The notes beneath the pieces were generated by a model. That model was not told where the DNA came from, searched no databases, and was given only the letters and a program-made list of their open reading frames with translations. 26,984 bases of DNA from a bacterium. Lineage in GTDB: Bacteria > Desulfobacterota > DSWW01. Positions 1 through 7,672 of this stretch are shown one piece after another (the stretch's first letter is position 1; each line of letters starts with the position of its first letter). The position numbers and the translations under genes were made by a program. Location of the stretch: positions 1-26,984 of the forward strand of contig JBFLZG010000071.1 of the NCBI GenBank assembly GCA_040756235.1, read 5' to 3'.

Positions 1-157
1 GGCGCCGCGAGTGCGGCGCGGCGGGGGGGCGCCGGGCGGGGGCGGCGGGCCCCCACGTCGCCAACGGGCCGAGGCGACCCCGCAGGACACGTCGCCGCGT
101 CTGTGAAAAGCAGTCCCGGGCCTCTTGCGCTGACGGCTTCCGCGCGAGCGCCTCGGC

Positions 158-187
158 TTGTATTTCCCGGTTTCGATCCGCTACATT
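158..187 (+). promoter_or_regulatory. Candidate sigma70-type promoter for the 259..876 gene
   Basis: TTGTAT (158-163), 18-bp spacer, TACATT (182-187), about 70 bp upstream of ATG 259. Confidence 0.3.
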
Positions 188-258
188 GAGGCGAGCGCCG
201 GTTTGGCGGGGGCAGCGCAGGGAAGCGCGGATGCGTTGAGACGAGGGGCGACGGACCC

Positions 259-876
259 ATGGACCGACTCAGAGATTTGTTCGAAGGGTACAAGGACTGG
301 CTGGAGATCCTCCTTCCGCTCGGCATCTTCCTGGGTCTGTTCCTGTTCCGGTACGCCGCCCTGTTCTTCAAAGCCAGGCAGCTCCGTGAGGTTGCGCCGC
401 TCATCAACGGTGAGGTCGTGCTGCGGCCCTTCTTCCCTCCGAGAATCCGCGGCACCTACATGGGGGTCCCCTATCAGATGAGCTTCCTGGCCGAGAGCCG
501 GACCGCCCCGGGAAGGCTCCAGGTGAGGCTGGACTATCCCTGCCCGTTCGACATGGAGGTCCGCGCCAGGGGCAGGATGCAGGGCATTGCGGACTTGCTT
601 GCCGCGCGCAAAGGGTACGAGACCGGAGAGGAAGAGTTCGATAGCCACGTGCTGGTCAGGATCGACAAGGGGAAGGAGAATGCCGAGGTGTTCCTGAACA
701 ATCCTGCCAACCGCGAGGCCATCCTGGCCGCCTTGCAGGACGGGTTCACCTCGGTCCGGACCTCTTCGGACGGGATCACCCTCACCCGCAACGGCAACTT
801 CCTGACCGGCCCCTTCACCCCTGACCAGGCCCTGCACAACCTCTCCATGGCCGGCCGCTTCACCCATCGCTTCTGA
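259..876 (+). CDS. Hypothetical membrane-anchored protein (205 aa)
   Basis: ATG preceded by GAGGGG; N-terminal hydrophobic segment (ILLPLGIFLGLFLFRYAALFF) then a soluble mixed alpha/beta-looking region; natural composition; no family recognised. Confidence 0.7.
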   Translation: MDRLRDLFEGYKDWLEILLPLGIFLGLFLFRYAALFFKARQLREVAPLINGEVVLRPFFPPRIRGTYMGVPYQMSFLAESRTAPGRLQVRLDYPCPFDMEVRARGRMQGIADLLAARKGYETGEEEFDSHVLVRIDKGKENAEVFLNNPANREAILAALQDGFTSVRTSSDGITLTRNGNFLTGPFTPDQALHNLSMAGRFTHRF

Positions 877-1079
877 CGCTGCTATGCCTGAGGTCGGTCG
901 ATGGCCGGCCGTCTGCTCGTGCGGGCAAAGCCCATCCGTTTCCGTGCGGCGATCTCATGCGCAGGCCTCACGAGGAGCAGCCCGACGGCCATACTTTGCC
1001 CTTCCCATCCGACGTTCTTTCTGCTAGGGTAAGGTTCCACAAGCTGAAGCGACGGGCTTGAGCGTGGGGGGAGGGTTCG

Positions 1080-1505
1080 ATGCGCTGGGTCCCTCTTTTC
1101 CTTCTGATTGCCGCCGCCGTTACGGGCTTCATCGTCTTCGACCACTTCCCGGGACTGCTGGAAGATTACCCCCGGCTCCGGCAGATCAACAACCGGGTCC
1201 GGGATCTCATGGGTCTGGAATTCCGGGGCCCGGATCTTCTCTCCGAGCGGGAGCTGAAGAAAGCCGGCGAAGTCTTCCCGGACGAGACGGGAGCGGAAGA
1301 CCTCCTGAATGCCTGCGGGGAGCCCCCGGCAAACCCCTGGTCCGGGCAGACTCCGCCCGGCCGCACCGACCTGGACCGGTACTCCCTCGCCATGGAAGTG
1401 TGGAAGTACTGCGTCCAGAAACAGAAGAAGCAGATCCCGCTGTTCGGGCCCCAGGATCAAGGACACGCCTCCCGGGGCGTGCTTCCCACGTATGACGAGA
1501 GATGA
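1080..1505 (+). CDS. Hypothetical exported or membrane-anchored protein (141 aa)
   Basis: GGAGG RBS before ATG; N-terminal signal/TM segment MRWVPLFLLIAAAVTGFIVF; two Cys; converges on the SDR gene. Confidence 0.6.
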   Translation: MRWVPLFLLIAAAVTGFIVFDHFPGLLEDYPRLRQINNRVRDLMGLEFRGPDLLSERELKKAGEVFPDETGAEDLLNACGEPPANPWSGQTPPGRTDLDRYSLAMEVWKYCVQKQKKQIPLFGPQDQGHASRGVLPTYDER

Positions 1506-1545
1506 TCTAGCCTCAGCCTATCCATAGCCGGCCCCAACCCAGCCT

Positions 1546-2292
1546 CTACCCTGCCATGGTCAGCCCGCCGCTCACACTCAAGACCTGGCCGGTGACGTAG
1601 TCTGACATCGGCGAGGCGAAGAACGCCACCACCCGCCCGATCTCCTCCGGCTGCGCGACTCTGCGGAAGGGGATGGCCCGCTCGAGGGCCTGCTGCATGC
1701 TTTGGGGCTGCATGCGGAGAAGCTCGGTGTCGGTCGGGCCCGGGCAGACACAGTTCACGTGGACCCCGTAGCGGGCCATCTCGCGGGCAAGGGACTTGGT
1801 GAAGGCGATGACGGCCCCCTTCGCGCCGGCGTAAACGGTTTCCCCGAGACTGCCCACGCGGCCGGCATCGCTGGCGACGTTGACGACCTTCCCCTTTTTC
1901 CGATCCGCCATGTGAGGGCAGACGGCGTGACAGAAGTTCAGGGCGCCTTTGTAGTTGATATCGATGACGCGGTCCCAGAAGTCGGGCTGCGTCTCCAGGA
2001 ACGGCATGATCCGGTCCCAACCCGCGTTGTTCACGAGGATGTCGATCGTGGCGAACCGCTCGAGAACACGCGTGACGGCAGCGGCGACCGCTGCGTGGTC
2101 CGCCACGTCCACCGCGCAGAGCATGGATTCCCGGCCCAGGTCCGCCACGTCTTGCACGCAAGCTTTCGCCGTCTCCGGGTTGATGTCGCAGATCGCGATG
2201 TCCGCCCCCTGGCGCGCCAGCTCCAGCGCGATCGCCCGGCCGATACCCTGTCCGGCGCCCGTGACGAGAGCCTTCTTTCCGTCCAGCCGCAT
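1546..2292 (-). CDS. Short-chain dehydrogenase/reductase, BadH (2-hydroxycyclohexanecarboxyl-CoA dehydrogenase)-like
   Basis: TGAGQGIG Rossmann motif, NNAGWD, SDAGRVGSLGETVYAGAKG with catalytic YxxxK, C-terminal TGQVLSVSGGLTM typical of the BadH-like subgroup; GGAGG RBS. Confidence 0.9.
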   Translation of the reverse strand: MRLDGKKALVTGAGQGIGRAIALELARQGADIAICDINPETAKACVQDVADLGRESMLCAVDVADHAAVAAAVTRVLERFATIDILVNNAGWDRIMPFLETQPDFWDRVIDINYKGALNFCHAVCPHMADRKKGKVVNVASDAGRVGSLGETVYAGAKGAVIAFTKSLAREMARYGVHVNCVCPGPTDTELLRMQPQSMQQALERAIPFRRVAQPEEIGRVVAFFASPMSDYVTGQVLSVSGGLTMAG

Positions 2293-2366
2293 GGGAATGC
2301 CTCCTTTTTTGGCGCTTGCTGCGGTAACGGTGCGCCTGACCGCTTTTCGCCACCAGGACGGTACTA

Positions 2367-2396
2367 GACATAGACCCCGAGGACAAAATCTGTCAA
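2367..2396 (-). promoter_or_regulatory. Candidate sigma70 promoter for the SDR gene
   Basis: Minus-strand TTGACA (2396-2391), then 18 bp to a weak -10 TATGTC. Confidence 0.25.
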
Positions 2397-2520
2397 CCGG
2401 GGGCCGCGGCTCCGGACCGCCCGCGCGCCGCCTTGACGGAGCCGTCGAATTCCCATAAACATATCAGAAGCGGTATCGTCTTCTCCCTTCCAAGCCCCTC
2501 GCGAGAGAAAGGCGCAGGCC

Positions 2521-3033
2521 ATGTTTCAAAAATCCATCCAGCTCGCCGTTTTCCTGGAGAACAAGCCGGGAGAGCTTTCCCGCCTGGCGCGGGTGCTGGG
2601 AGAGAAGGGGATCAACATCGCGTCCATGTCGATCCAGGACCCGACCGAGTACATCCAGGGACTGTTTCGGGCGCGCGAGGTCACCACTCGCAGGATCGCT
2701 TCCACGGCCAGCTACGGCGCCATTCTGAAGGAGGCCTCTCTGCTCACCCTGATCCGGTTCATCACCTCCGAGCCGGGGCCGAGCGTGGAGGCCCTGACCC
2801 AGGCCGGCTACACCGTCAACACGGAAGACGTGATCCTGGCCGTGTTGGATAACCGGCCCGGCCAGCTCGCCTCCATTTGCGAGCGGCTGGCCAAGGAAAA
2901 TATCAACATCGACTACACGTACGGGTCTGCCCTCGAGGAAGTCGAGAAGGCCCTGTTCGTTTTCCGCGTGTCCAACACCGATCTGGCCCTGAAGGTGCTC
3001 TCCGGGACCGGATCCGGCAAGAGATCCCGCTGA
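2521..3033 (+). CDS. Tandem ACT-domain protein (170 aa)
   Basis: Two ACT repeats, QLAVFLENKPGELSRLARVLGEKGINI and LAVLDNRPGQLASICERLAKENINIDYTY; about 30 extra residues in the first repeat. Confidence 0.88.
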   Translation: MFQKSIQLAVFLENKPGELSRLARVLGEKGINIASMSIQDPTEYIQGLFRAREVTTRRIASTASYGAILKEASLLTLIRFITSEPGPSVEALTQAGYTVNTEDVILAVLDNRPGQLASICERLAKENINIDYTYGSALEEVEKALFVFRVSNTDLALKVLSGTGSGKRSR

Positions 3034-3067
3034 GCCAGATAGTCCCCCCGGGACCCGGCGGGTCCCC

Positions 3068-3094
3068 AGGCTGGTGAAAAACTCCCATCTGCGG
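3068..3094 (+). repeat. Left-end fragment of the ~127-bp structured repeat family
   Basis: AGGCTGGTGAAAAACTCCCATCTGCGG matches the left ends at 11360, 14246 and 26829. Confidence 0.7.
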
Positions 3095-3165
3095 AGCCTG
3101 TTGCGAGCGAAGCGAAGTCGGAGATTGCGAGGCTCTGCGAAGCAACCTCCTGCACCCCGTTATTC

Positions 3166-3193
3166 GCAGGGGCGGCCGGCCGGCCGCCCCTGC
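3166..3193. repeat. 28-bp perfect palindrome, GTAG-type REP variant
   Basis: GCAGGGGCG-GCCGGCCGGC-CGCCCCTGC is its own reverse complement; same frame as the copy at 9941-9968. Confidence 0.75.
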
Positions 3194-3250
3194 AAGAAGG
3201 GCGCAGCAAGCAGCGTCCCCAACAAACGACTCAGGCACCACAGAAAAAGC

Positions 3251-3280
3251 TTGACAGCTCGAGCGCGGTCGTCGTAGAAG
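3251..3280 (+). promoter_or_regulatory. Candidate promoter of the TetR-reductase operon
   Basis: Consensus TTGACA (3251-3256), 18-bp spacer, weak -10 TAGAAG (3275-3280) abutting the palindromic operator. Confidence 0.45.
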
Positions 3281-3310
3281 GTAACCAATGGTTACTAACC
3301 ATCGGTTACC
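3280..3310. promoter_or_regulatory. Putative tandem TetR operator
   Basis: GGTAACCAATGGTTACTAACCATCGGTTACC: two TAACC-N3-GGTTA palindromes back to back forming a 31-bp near-perfect palindrome, just downstream of the promoter and upstream of a TetR gene. Confidence 0.7.
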
Positions 3311-3344
3311 CAAGGGAGCGGCGCGGGCGCACGAGGCGGCGAGA

Positions 3345-4064
3345 ATGTCCGAGGCCGATCTGTCCAAGAGGCGGATCCGAAGAAACCGGCGCGACGAGGT
3401 CCTGGACGCGGCGCGCAGGCTCCTGTTCGAGAACGGCTATCGTGCGACCAGCATGCAGCAGGTGGCCGCGGAGGCCGGATACAGCAAGCGGACCGTCTAT
3501 CTCGACTACCTGAACAAAGACGACCTCTTCACCAGCGTCTGCGCCGAAGGGCTCGAGCTGCTCCTCGCCAAGCTTCGGGAGGTCCCGTGGCAGCGGACGC
3601 CCCTCGATGACTGCATAGACAGGTTCCTCGAAGTCTACATCGATTTCTCTCACGAGCACCCCGGGTACTTCCGCATGATCTTCAGCGAGGCCACGCCGGC
3701 GATCATCGCGAATTGCTCCGGTCAGCTTCGAAAGCGCGTTGCCGAGTTGGAGCGGGCCTGTCTGGCCGTTCTGGTCGCTCTGGTGGAGCGGGCGGCAAGC
3801 GAAGGAGCGATCCGCGGCATCGATCCCTGGGAGGCTGCCGGAATCATGGTCGGCTCGGCCACCGGCATCATCCTGCTTTCCATGGGAGGCAGCCAGACCG
3901 TATTCTCCAAGGGGACGCTGGATGCCCTGGTCACGCGCGCGGTCCGAACCCTGTGGCGCGGTCTCCGCTCCCTGGATGCTCCCGACCGTCCGGCAGGAGG
4001 GCGGGAGGGCCGCCTGGTGAGGCGCTCTCAGGGAGCCGGTTCCAAACGCGCGAGGGCAACGTAG
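3345..4064 (+). CDS. TetR/AcrR family transcriptional regulator
   Basis: HTH RRDEVLDAARRLLFENGYRATSMQQVAAEAGYSKRTVYLDY; start placed at ATG 3345 because ATG 3288 lies inside the operator. Confidence 0.92.
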   Translation: MSEADLSKRRIRRNRRDEVLDAARRLLFENGYRATSMQQVAAEAGYSKRTVYLDYLNKDDLFTSVCAEGLELLLAKLREVPWQRTPLDDCIDRFLEVYIDFSHEHPGYFRMIFSEATPAIIANCSGQLRKRVAELERACLAVLVALVERAASEGAIRGIDPWEAAGIMVGSATGIILLSMGGSQTVFSKGTLDALVTRAVRTLWRGLRSLDAPDRPAGGREGRLVRRSQGAGSKRARAT

Positions 4065-4131
4065 GCAAGAGCCGGCACGGCCGGCTCCAAGGAGCCGGTC
4101 CGAGACTTCGGCTCCGAGCAAAGGAGAAGAT

Positions 4132-5304
4132 ATGCCAGAGGCGATCCTGCGCGAGGTGCGCGCGCTCATTCGAGGCCAGACCAACCGGCACGTGGACTCG
4201 TGGAAAGCGGCGGGCAGGCCCGTGGTGGGCTACTTCTGCAGCTATGTGCCGAGGGAGATTCTCCTGGCCGCCGGCGCCCTGCCGTTCCGACTCCGGGGGG
4301 CCGGCTCCGAGGATTCCTCCCGGGGCGACGCCTACCTGAGCGGCCGCGTCTGCACGTACGTGCGGCACGTGATGAGCCTCGCCCTGGAGGGGGCCTACGA
4401 CTTCCTGGACGGGGAGGTTTCCACCAACACCTGCGACCACGTGCGCCGGTCGGCCGACGTGTTCGTCAAGAAGACGGCGATCCCCTTCCACGGGTTTCTT
4501 TCGGTGCCGCGCACGCCCCGCGAAAGCCTTTACGGCTACTACCTGGGGGAGCTGAAGAAGCTGGTCGACGGCCTGGATCGGCACTTCGGCGTGAAGATCG
4601 GCGCGGACCGCCTGCGGGATGCGATCCGGATGTTCAACGGAGTGCGAGCGCGGCTCCACACCATCAACCGGATGCGGCTGGAGGACAAGCCCCGGCTCTC
4701 CGGGGCCGAGGCGCTCGCGGTCCACATCGCCTCGCAGGTGGTCCCACCGACGGTCTTTACCGAACTGGCGGACCGGCTGATCGAGGCCCTTCAGGGCCGG
4801 GCCGGACTGGACTCCGCGCGCGGCCGGCTCGTGCTGGTGGGCGCCGAGCTCGACGAGCCGGAGTACGTCGAGGCGCTCGAGAGCCAGGGCGCCCTCGTGG
4901 TCGCCGACCAGCTTTGCTTCGGCGCCCGCTCGGCCCTCGATCCCATCGACGCGGAGACCGCCGACCCGCTCGACGCCATCGGGCGGGCGTATTTCTTCAT
5001 GGCCTCCTGCGCGCGTATGATCGGCGACTTCCCGAGGCGTTGGGAACAGCTCAAGGCCATGGTCCGAGCGGCACGGGCCGACGGGGTGGTGTTCGAGCGG
5101 ATCATCTTCTGCGATCCCTGGGGCGCCGAGCTCCACAACATTTTGCAGAGGGTCAAGAAGGAGAACGCCTTTCCGGTCCTTTCCCTGACCCGGGAGTACA
5201 ACGTCGTGCCCACCGGGCAGGTCAAGACCCGGGTGCAGGCCTTCGTGGAGAAAATCGAGATCGCCCGCGCCCAGAGGCAGGCGGCTTGCGGAGGTGAGCG
5301 ATGA
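4132..5304 (+). CDS. 2-hydroxyacyl-CoA dehydratase / benzoyl-CoA reductase family subunit, beta (BcrC/BzdN/HgdB-like) type, six-Cys
   Basis: AAGGAG RBS; motifs GYFCSYVP, VCTYVR, NTCDHVRR, DQLCFG, SCARM, FCDPW, GQVKTRVQAFVE. Confidence 0.9.
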   Translation: MPEAILREVRALIRGQTNRHVDSWKAAGRPVVGYFCSYVPREILLAAGALPFRLRGAGSEDSSRGDAYLSGRVCTYVRHVMSLALEGAYDFLDGEVSTNTCDHVRRSADVFVKKTAIPFHGFLSVPRTPRESLYGYYLGELKKLVDGLDRHFGVKIGADRLRDAIRMFNGVRARLHTINRMRLEDKPRLSGAEALAVHIASQVVPPTVFTELADRLIEALQGRAGLDSARGRLVLVGAELDEPEYVEALESQGALVVADQLCFGARSALDPIDAETADPLDAIGRAYFFMASCARMIGDFPRRWEQLKAMVRAARADGVVFERIIFCDPWGAELHNILQRVKKENAFPVLSLTREYNVVPTGQVKTRVQAFVEKIEIARAQRQAACGGER

Positions 5305-6611
5305 CGAGCAAGGAAATCCTCGCGACGCGCGAGTGGCGGGAGATCTTCGAGACCCTGCCGGTGCTGCAGAAGTTCTTCGGCGGCGACCCGGCGGCACACG
5401 GCCTGAACGGGCTGCTCGAGGGCTGCACGAGCTACCTCGAGAAGCTTCTCGCCCATGCCGACGAGGGCAAGCCCTTCGTCTGGTACAACCTCGGCTTCAA
5501 CTCCGAGTTGATCTACGCCCTGGGAGGCGTCCATCCCGTCACGATCGAGCTGCTCGGCGCCTTGCACAGCATCCTCGGCAACCAGCGGAACACCCTCGAC
5601 TTCATCGACGGCGCCCAGGCGGTCGGGATCCCGGCGGACTGCTGCTCGGCCGACAAGATCGCGATCGGGGCCATCCACAAGGGACTCTACCCGGCGCCGG
5701 CCTGCACCGTGGGCATCAACACGCCGTGCGACGCCCAGGTCCTGAGCACGCAGGTCATGCAGGAGCTCGCGGGTGTGCCGTTCTTCGCCGTGGACGTGCC
5801 TTACTACCACAACGAGGAGACGGTCCGCCACGTGGCCGGCCAGCTCCGGGAGCTCATTCCCTTTCTGGAGCAGCACACGGGCCGCAGGATGGACTACGAC
5901 CGGCTGCGCGAGGTCTGCGAGATTTCCAACGGGACGACCGAGGCGATCTGGGAGTGGCTCGAATGGCGCAAGCAGGTCCCTCTCACCCAGTCGAGCAAGC
6001 TCGTGGCCTTCACGCTTCTCCTGCAGATCCTGTTCACCGGCTCGCCCGAGGGGCTGAAGATCGCGCGCGCGCTCCTCCGGGAGGCTCGCGAGCGCACCGA
6101 GCGCAAGGAGAAGTTCTTCGAGGAGCGTGTCCGTGCCGTCTGGTACCAGGACGCGGTCTGGACCGATCTGCAGATCTACGACTGGTTCGAGCGCGAGCTG
6201 GGGCTCACGGTGCCGGTCGACATCTTCGGCTACTACGCCAATGAAGGGCTGATCGACACGGCGACGCCCGAGACCATGCTCTACGGGCTGGCCCGAAAGC
6301 TCGTCAACTGCCACCCCATGGCCAGGCAGTTCCGGGGCGACATGGACATGTACATCCGCGACTTCATGCACCTGCTGGAGGCCTGGAAGGCGGACTGCTG
6401 CATCTTCGCGGGGCACATCGCCTGCAAGCACGCCTGGGGCGGCATCGGCCTGTTCAAGGAGGCGTGCCGGCGGGCCGAGGTCCCGCTGCTGGTCTTCGAG
6501 TTCGACATGTTCGACCCGCGGGTGACGCCCTACGAGGACGTCTATTTCGAGGTGGAGCGGTTCGTCAACGAGATCGTCTACCCGCGCAAGCTAAGGGAAG
6601 GCAAAGCATAG
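5301..6611 (+). CDS. 2-hydroxyacyl-CoA dehydratase / benzoyl-CoA reductase family subunit, alpha (BcrB/BzdO/HgdA-like) type
   Basis: ATGA overlap with the upstream gene; GIPADCCS, NTPCD, FLEQHTGRRMDYDRLREVC, HIACKH, EFDMFDPR motifs. Confidence 0.9.
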   Translation: MTSKEILATREWREIFETLPVLQKFFGGDPAAHGLNGLLEGCTSYLEKLLAHADEGKPFVWYNLGFNSELIYALGGVHPVTIELLGALHSILGNQRNTLDFIDGAQAVGIPADCCSADKIAIGAIHKGLYPAPACTVGINTPCDAQVLSTQVMQELAGVPFFAVDVPYYHNEETVRHVAGQLRELIPFLEQHTGRRMDYDRLREVCEISNGTTEAIWEWLEWRKQVPLTQSSKLVAFTLLLQILFTGSPEGLKIARALLREARERTERKEKFFEERVRAVWYQDAVWTDLQIYDWFERELGLTVPVDIFGYYANEGLIDTATPETMLYGLARKLVNCHPMARQFRGDMDMYIRDFMHLLEAWKADCCIFAGHIACKHAWGGIGLFKEACRRAEVPLLVFEFDMFDPRVTPYEDVYFEVERFVNEIVYPRKLREGKA

Positions 6612-6742
6612 TCGTTGCTCAATAGGGGCGCGGCCAGGTCGTTTTCAGCAGCGGGATATTGCGAGGCACGAAGGGCGTGGCGACCCCCGGCACAGGTGAG
6701 ACGCCACGCTCGCAACGGGGTCTCGCGGCTGAAGGTTGAAGT

Positions 6743-6770
6743 CTCGAGGGCGACGCATGCGTCGCCCCTA
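6743..6770 (-). repeat. GTAG-type REP, left member of an inverted pair around the activator gene
   Basis: CTCGAGGGCGACGCATGCGTCGCCCCTA, exact reverse complement of 7625-7652. Confidence 0.85.
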
Positions 6771-6794
6771 AAGAGTTGTGGCGAGGGAGACAGC

Positions 6795-7589
6795 ATGGCG
6801 ATCACTGCAGGCGTGGACATCGGCTCGACCGCCTCCAAGGCGGTGGTCCTCGTGGACCGCAAGGTGGCCGGGCAGATCGTGGGACCGAGCTCGACGAACC
6901 CCAAGCGGACCGCCCGCGAGATCTACGAGCGGGCCCTGGCGGCCGCGGCCGTGGCGGCTGCGGACGTGGCCTACATCGTGGGCACCGGATACGGCCGCAC
7001 CCAGGTGGATTTCGCGACCCGGAACGTCTCCGAGATCACCTGCCATGGCCGGGGGGCCCACCTGCTGGCGCCCTCCGCCCGCACCGTGATCGACGTGGGC
7101 GGCCAGGATACCAAGGTGATCTGCATCGACTCCGGCGGCAACCTTCTCGATTTCGCCATGAACGACAAGTGCGCGGCCGGCACCGGCCGCTTCCTCGAGG
7201 CCATGGCGCGCTCCCTGGAGATGCCGATCGGGCAGATGGAGGAGCATTATTTCGGCGGCGGCGCCCCCTGCACGATCACGAGCATGTGCAGCGTCTTCGC
7301 TGAAAGCGAGGTCATCAACCTGATCAACGACGGCGTGGAGCTTTCCCGGATCGTGAAGGGCCTGCTCCTGTCGCTGGCGATCCGCGTGGCCTCCCTGACG
7401 CGCCGCCTCGGCCTGACCGAAGACATCGTCATGACCGGCGGGGTGGCCAAGAACCGGGGCGTGCTGGACGCGATCGAGCAGAAGCTCGGGCTCGGCCTGA
7501 AGCGCTTCAACGGCGCCGATCCGCAGCTCGTCGGCGCGCTCGGCGCGGCCGTGATCGCCGCGGACTTCGCCGAAGGTAAGGGGAGTTGA
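6795..7589 (+). CDS. ATP-dependent activator (archerase) of the HgdC/HadI/BadF-BadG-BcrA-BcrD family
   Basis: GVDIGSTASK, GTGYGR, SEITCH, IDVGGQDTK, MNDKCAAGTGRFLE, SMCSVFAESE, TGGVAKN; both [4Fe-4S] Cys present; GGGAG RBS before ATG 6795. Confidence 0.95.
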   Translation: MAITAGVDIGSTASKAVVLVDRKVAGQIVGPSSTNPKRTAREIYERALAAAAVAAADVAYIVGTGYGRTQVDFATRNVSEITCHGRGAHLLAPSARTVIDVGGQDTKVICIDSGGNLLDFAMNDKCAAGTGRFLEAMARSLEMPIGQMEEHYFGGGAPCTITSMCSVFAESEVINLINDGVELSRIVKGLLLSLAIRVASLTRRLGLTEDIVMTGGVAKNRGVLDAIEQKLGLGLKRFNGADPQLVGALGAAVIAADFAEGKGS

Positions 7590-7624
7590 AGGTGCCTGTG
7601 CTGCCGGGCGTGCGGCGGCTCTTG

Positions 7625-7652
7625 TAGGGGCGACGCATGCGTCGCCCTCGAG
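7625..7652 (+). repeat. GTAG-type REP, right member of the inverted pair
   Basis: (G)TAGGGGCGACGCATGCGTCGCCCTCGAG with a 20-bp palindromic core. Confidence 0.85.
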
Positions 7653-7672
7653 TGTGAGGCAGGCCGTATCCG

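Noticed and set aside
1..70. Extremely G/C-rich run at the window start
   Set aside because: Truncated context; no defined repeat or ORF can be supported.
3288..3344. Longer TetR start at ATG 3288
   Set aside because: It lies inside the operator palindrome with no RBS; leaderless initiation cannot be excluded, but 3345 is more parsimonious.
6612..6742. Further degenerate REP/MITE fragments (TAGGGGCG, TTTTCAGCAGC, GAGAC...GTCTC)
   Set aside because: Too short and degenerate to assign with confidence.
4132..7589. Naming the genes bcrBCAD/bzdNOPQ or hgdABC
   Set aside because: Family membership is clear, but there is only one activator and no dch/had/oah or amino-acid fermentation context, so the substrate cannot be assigned.
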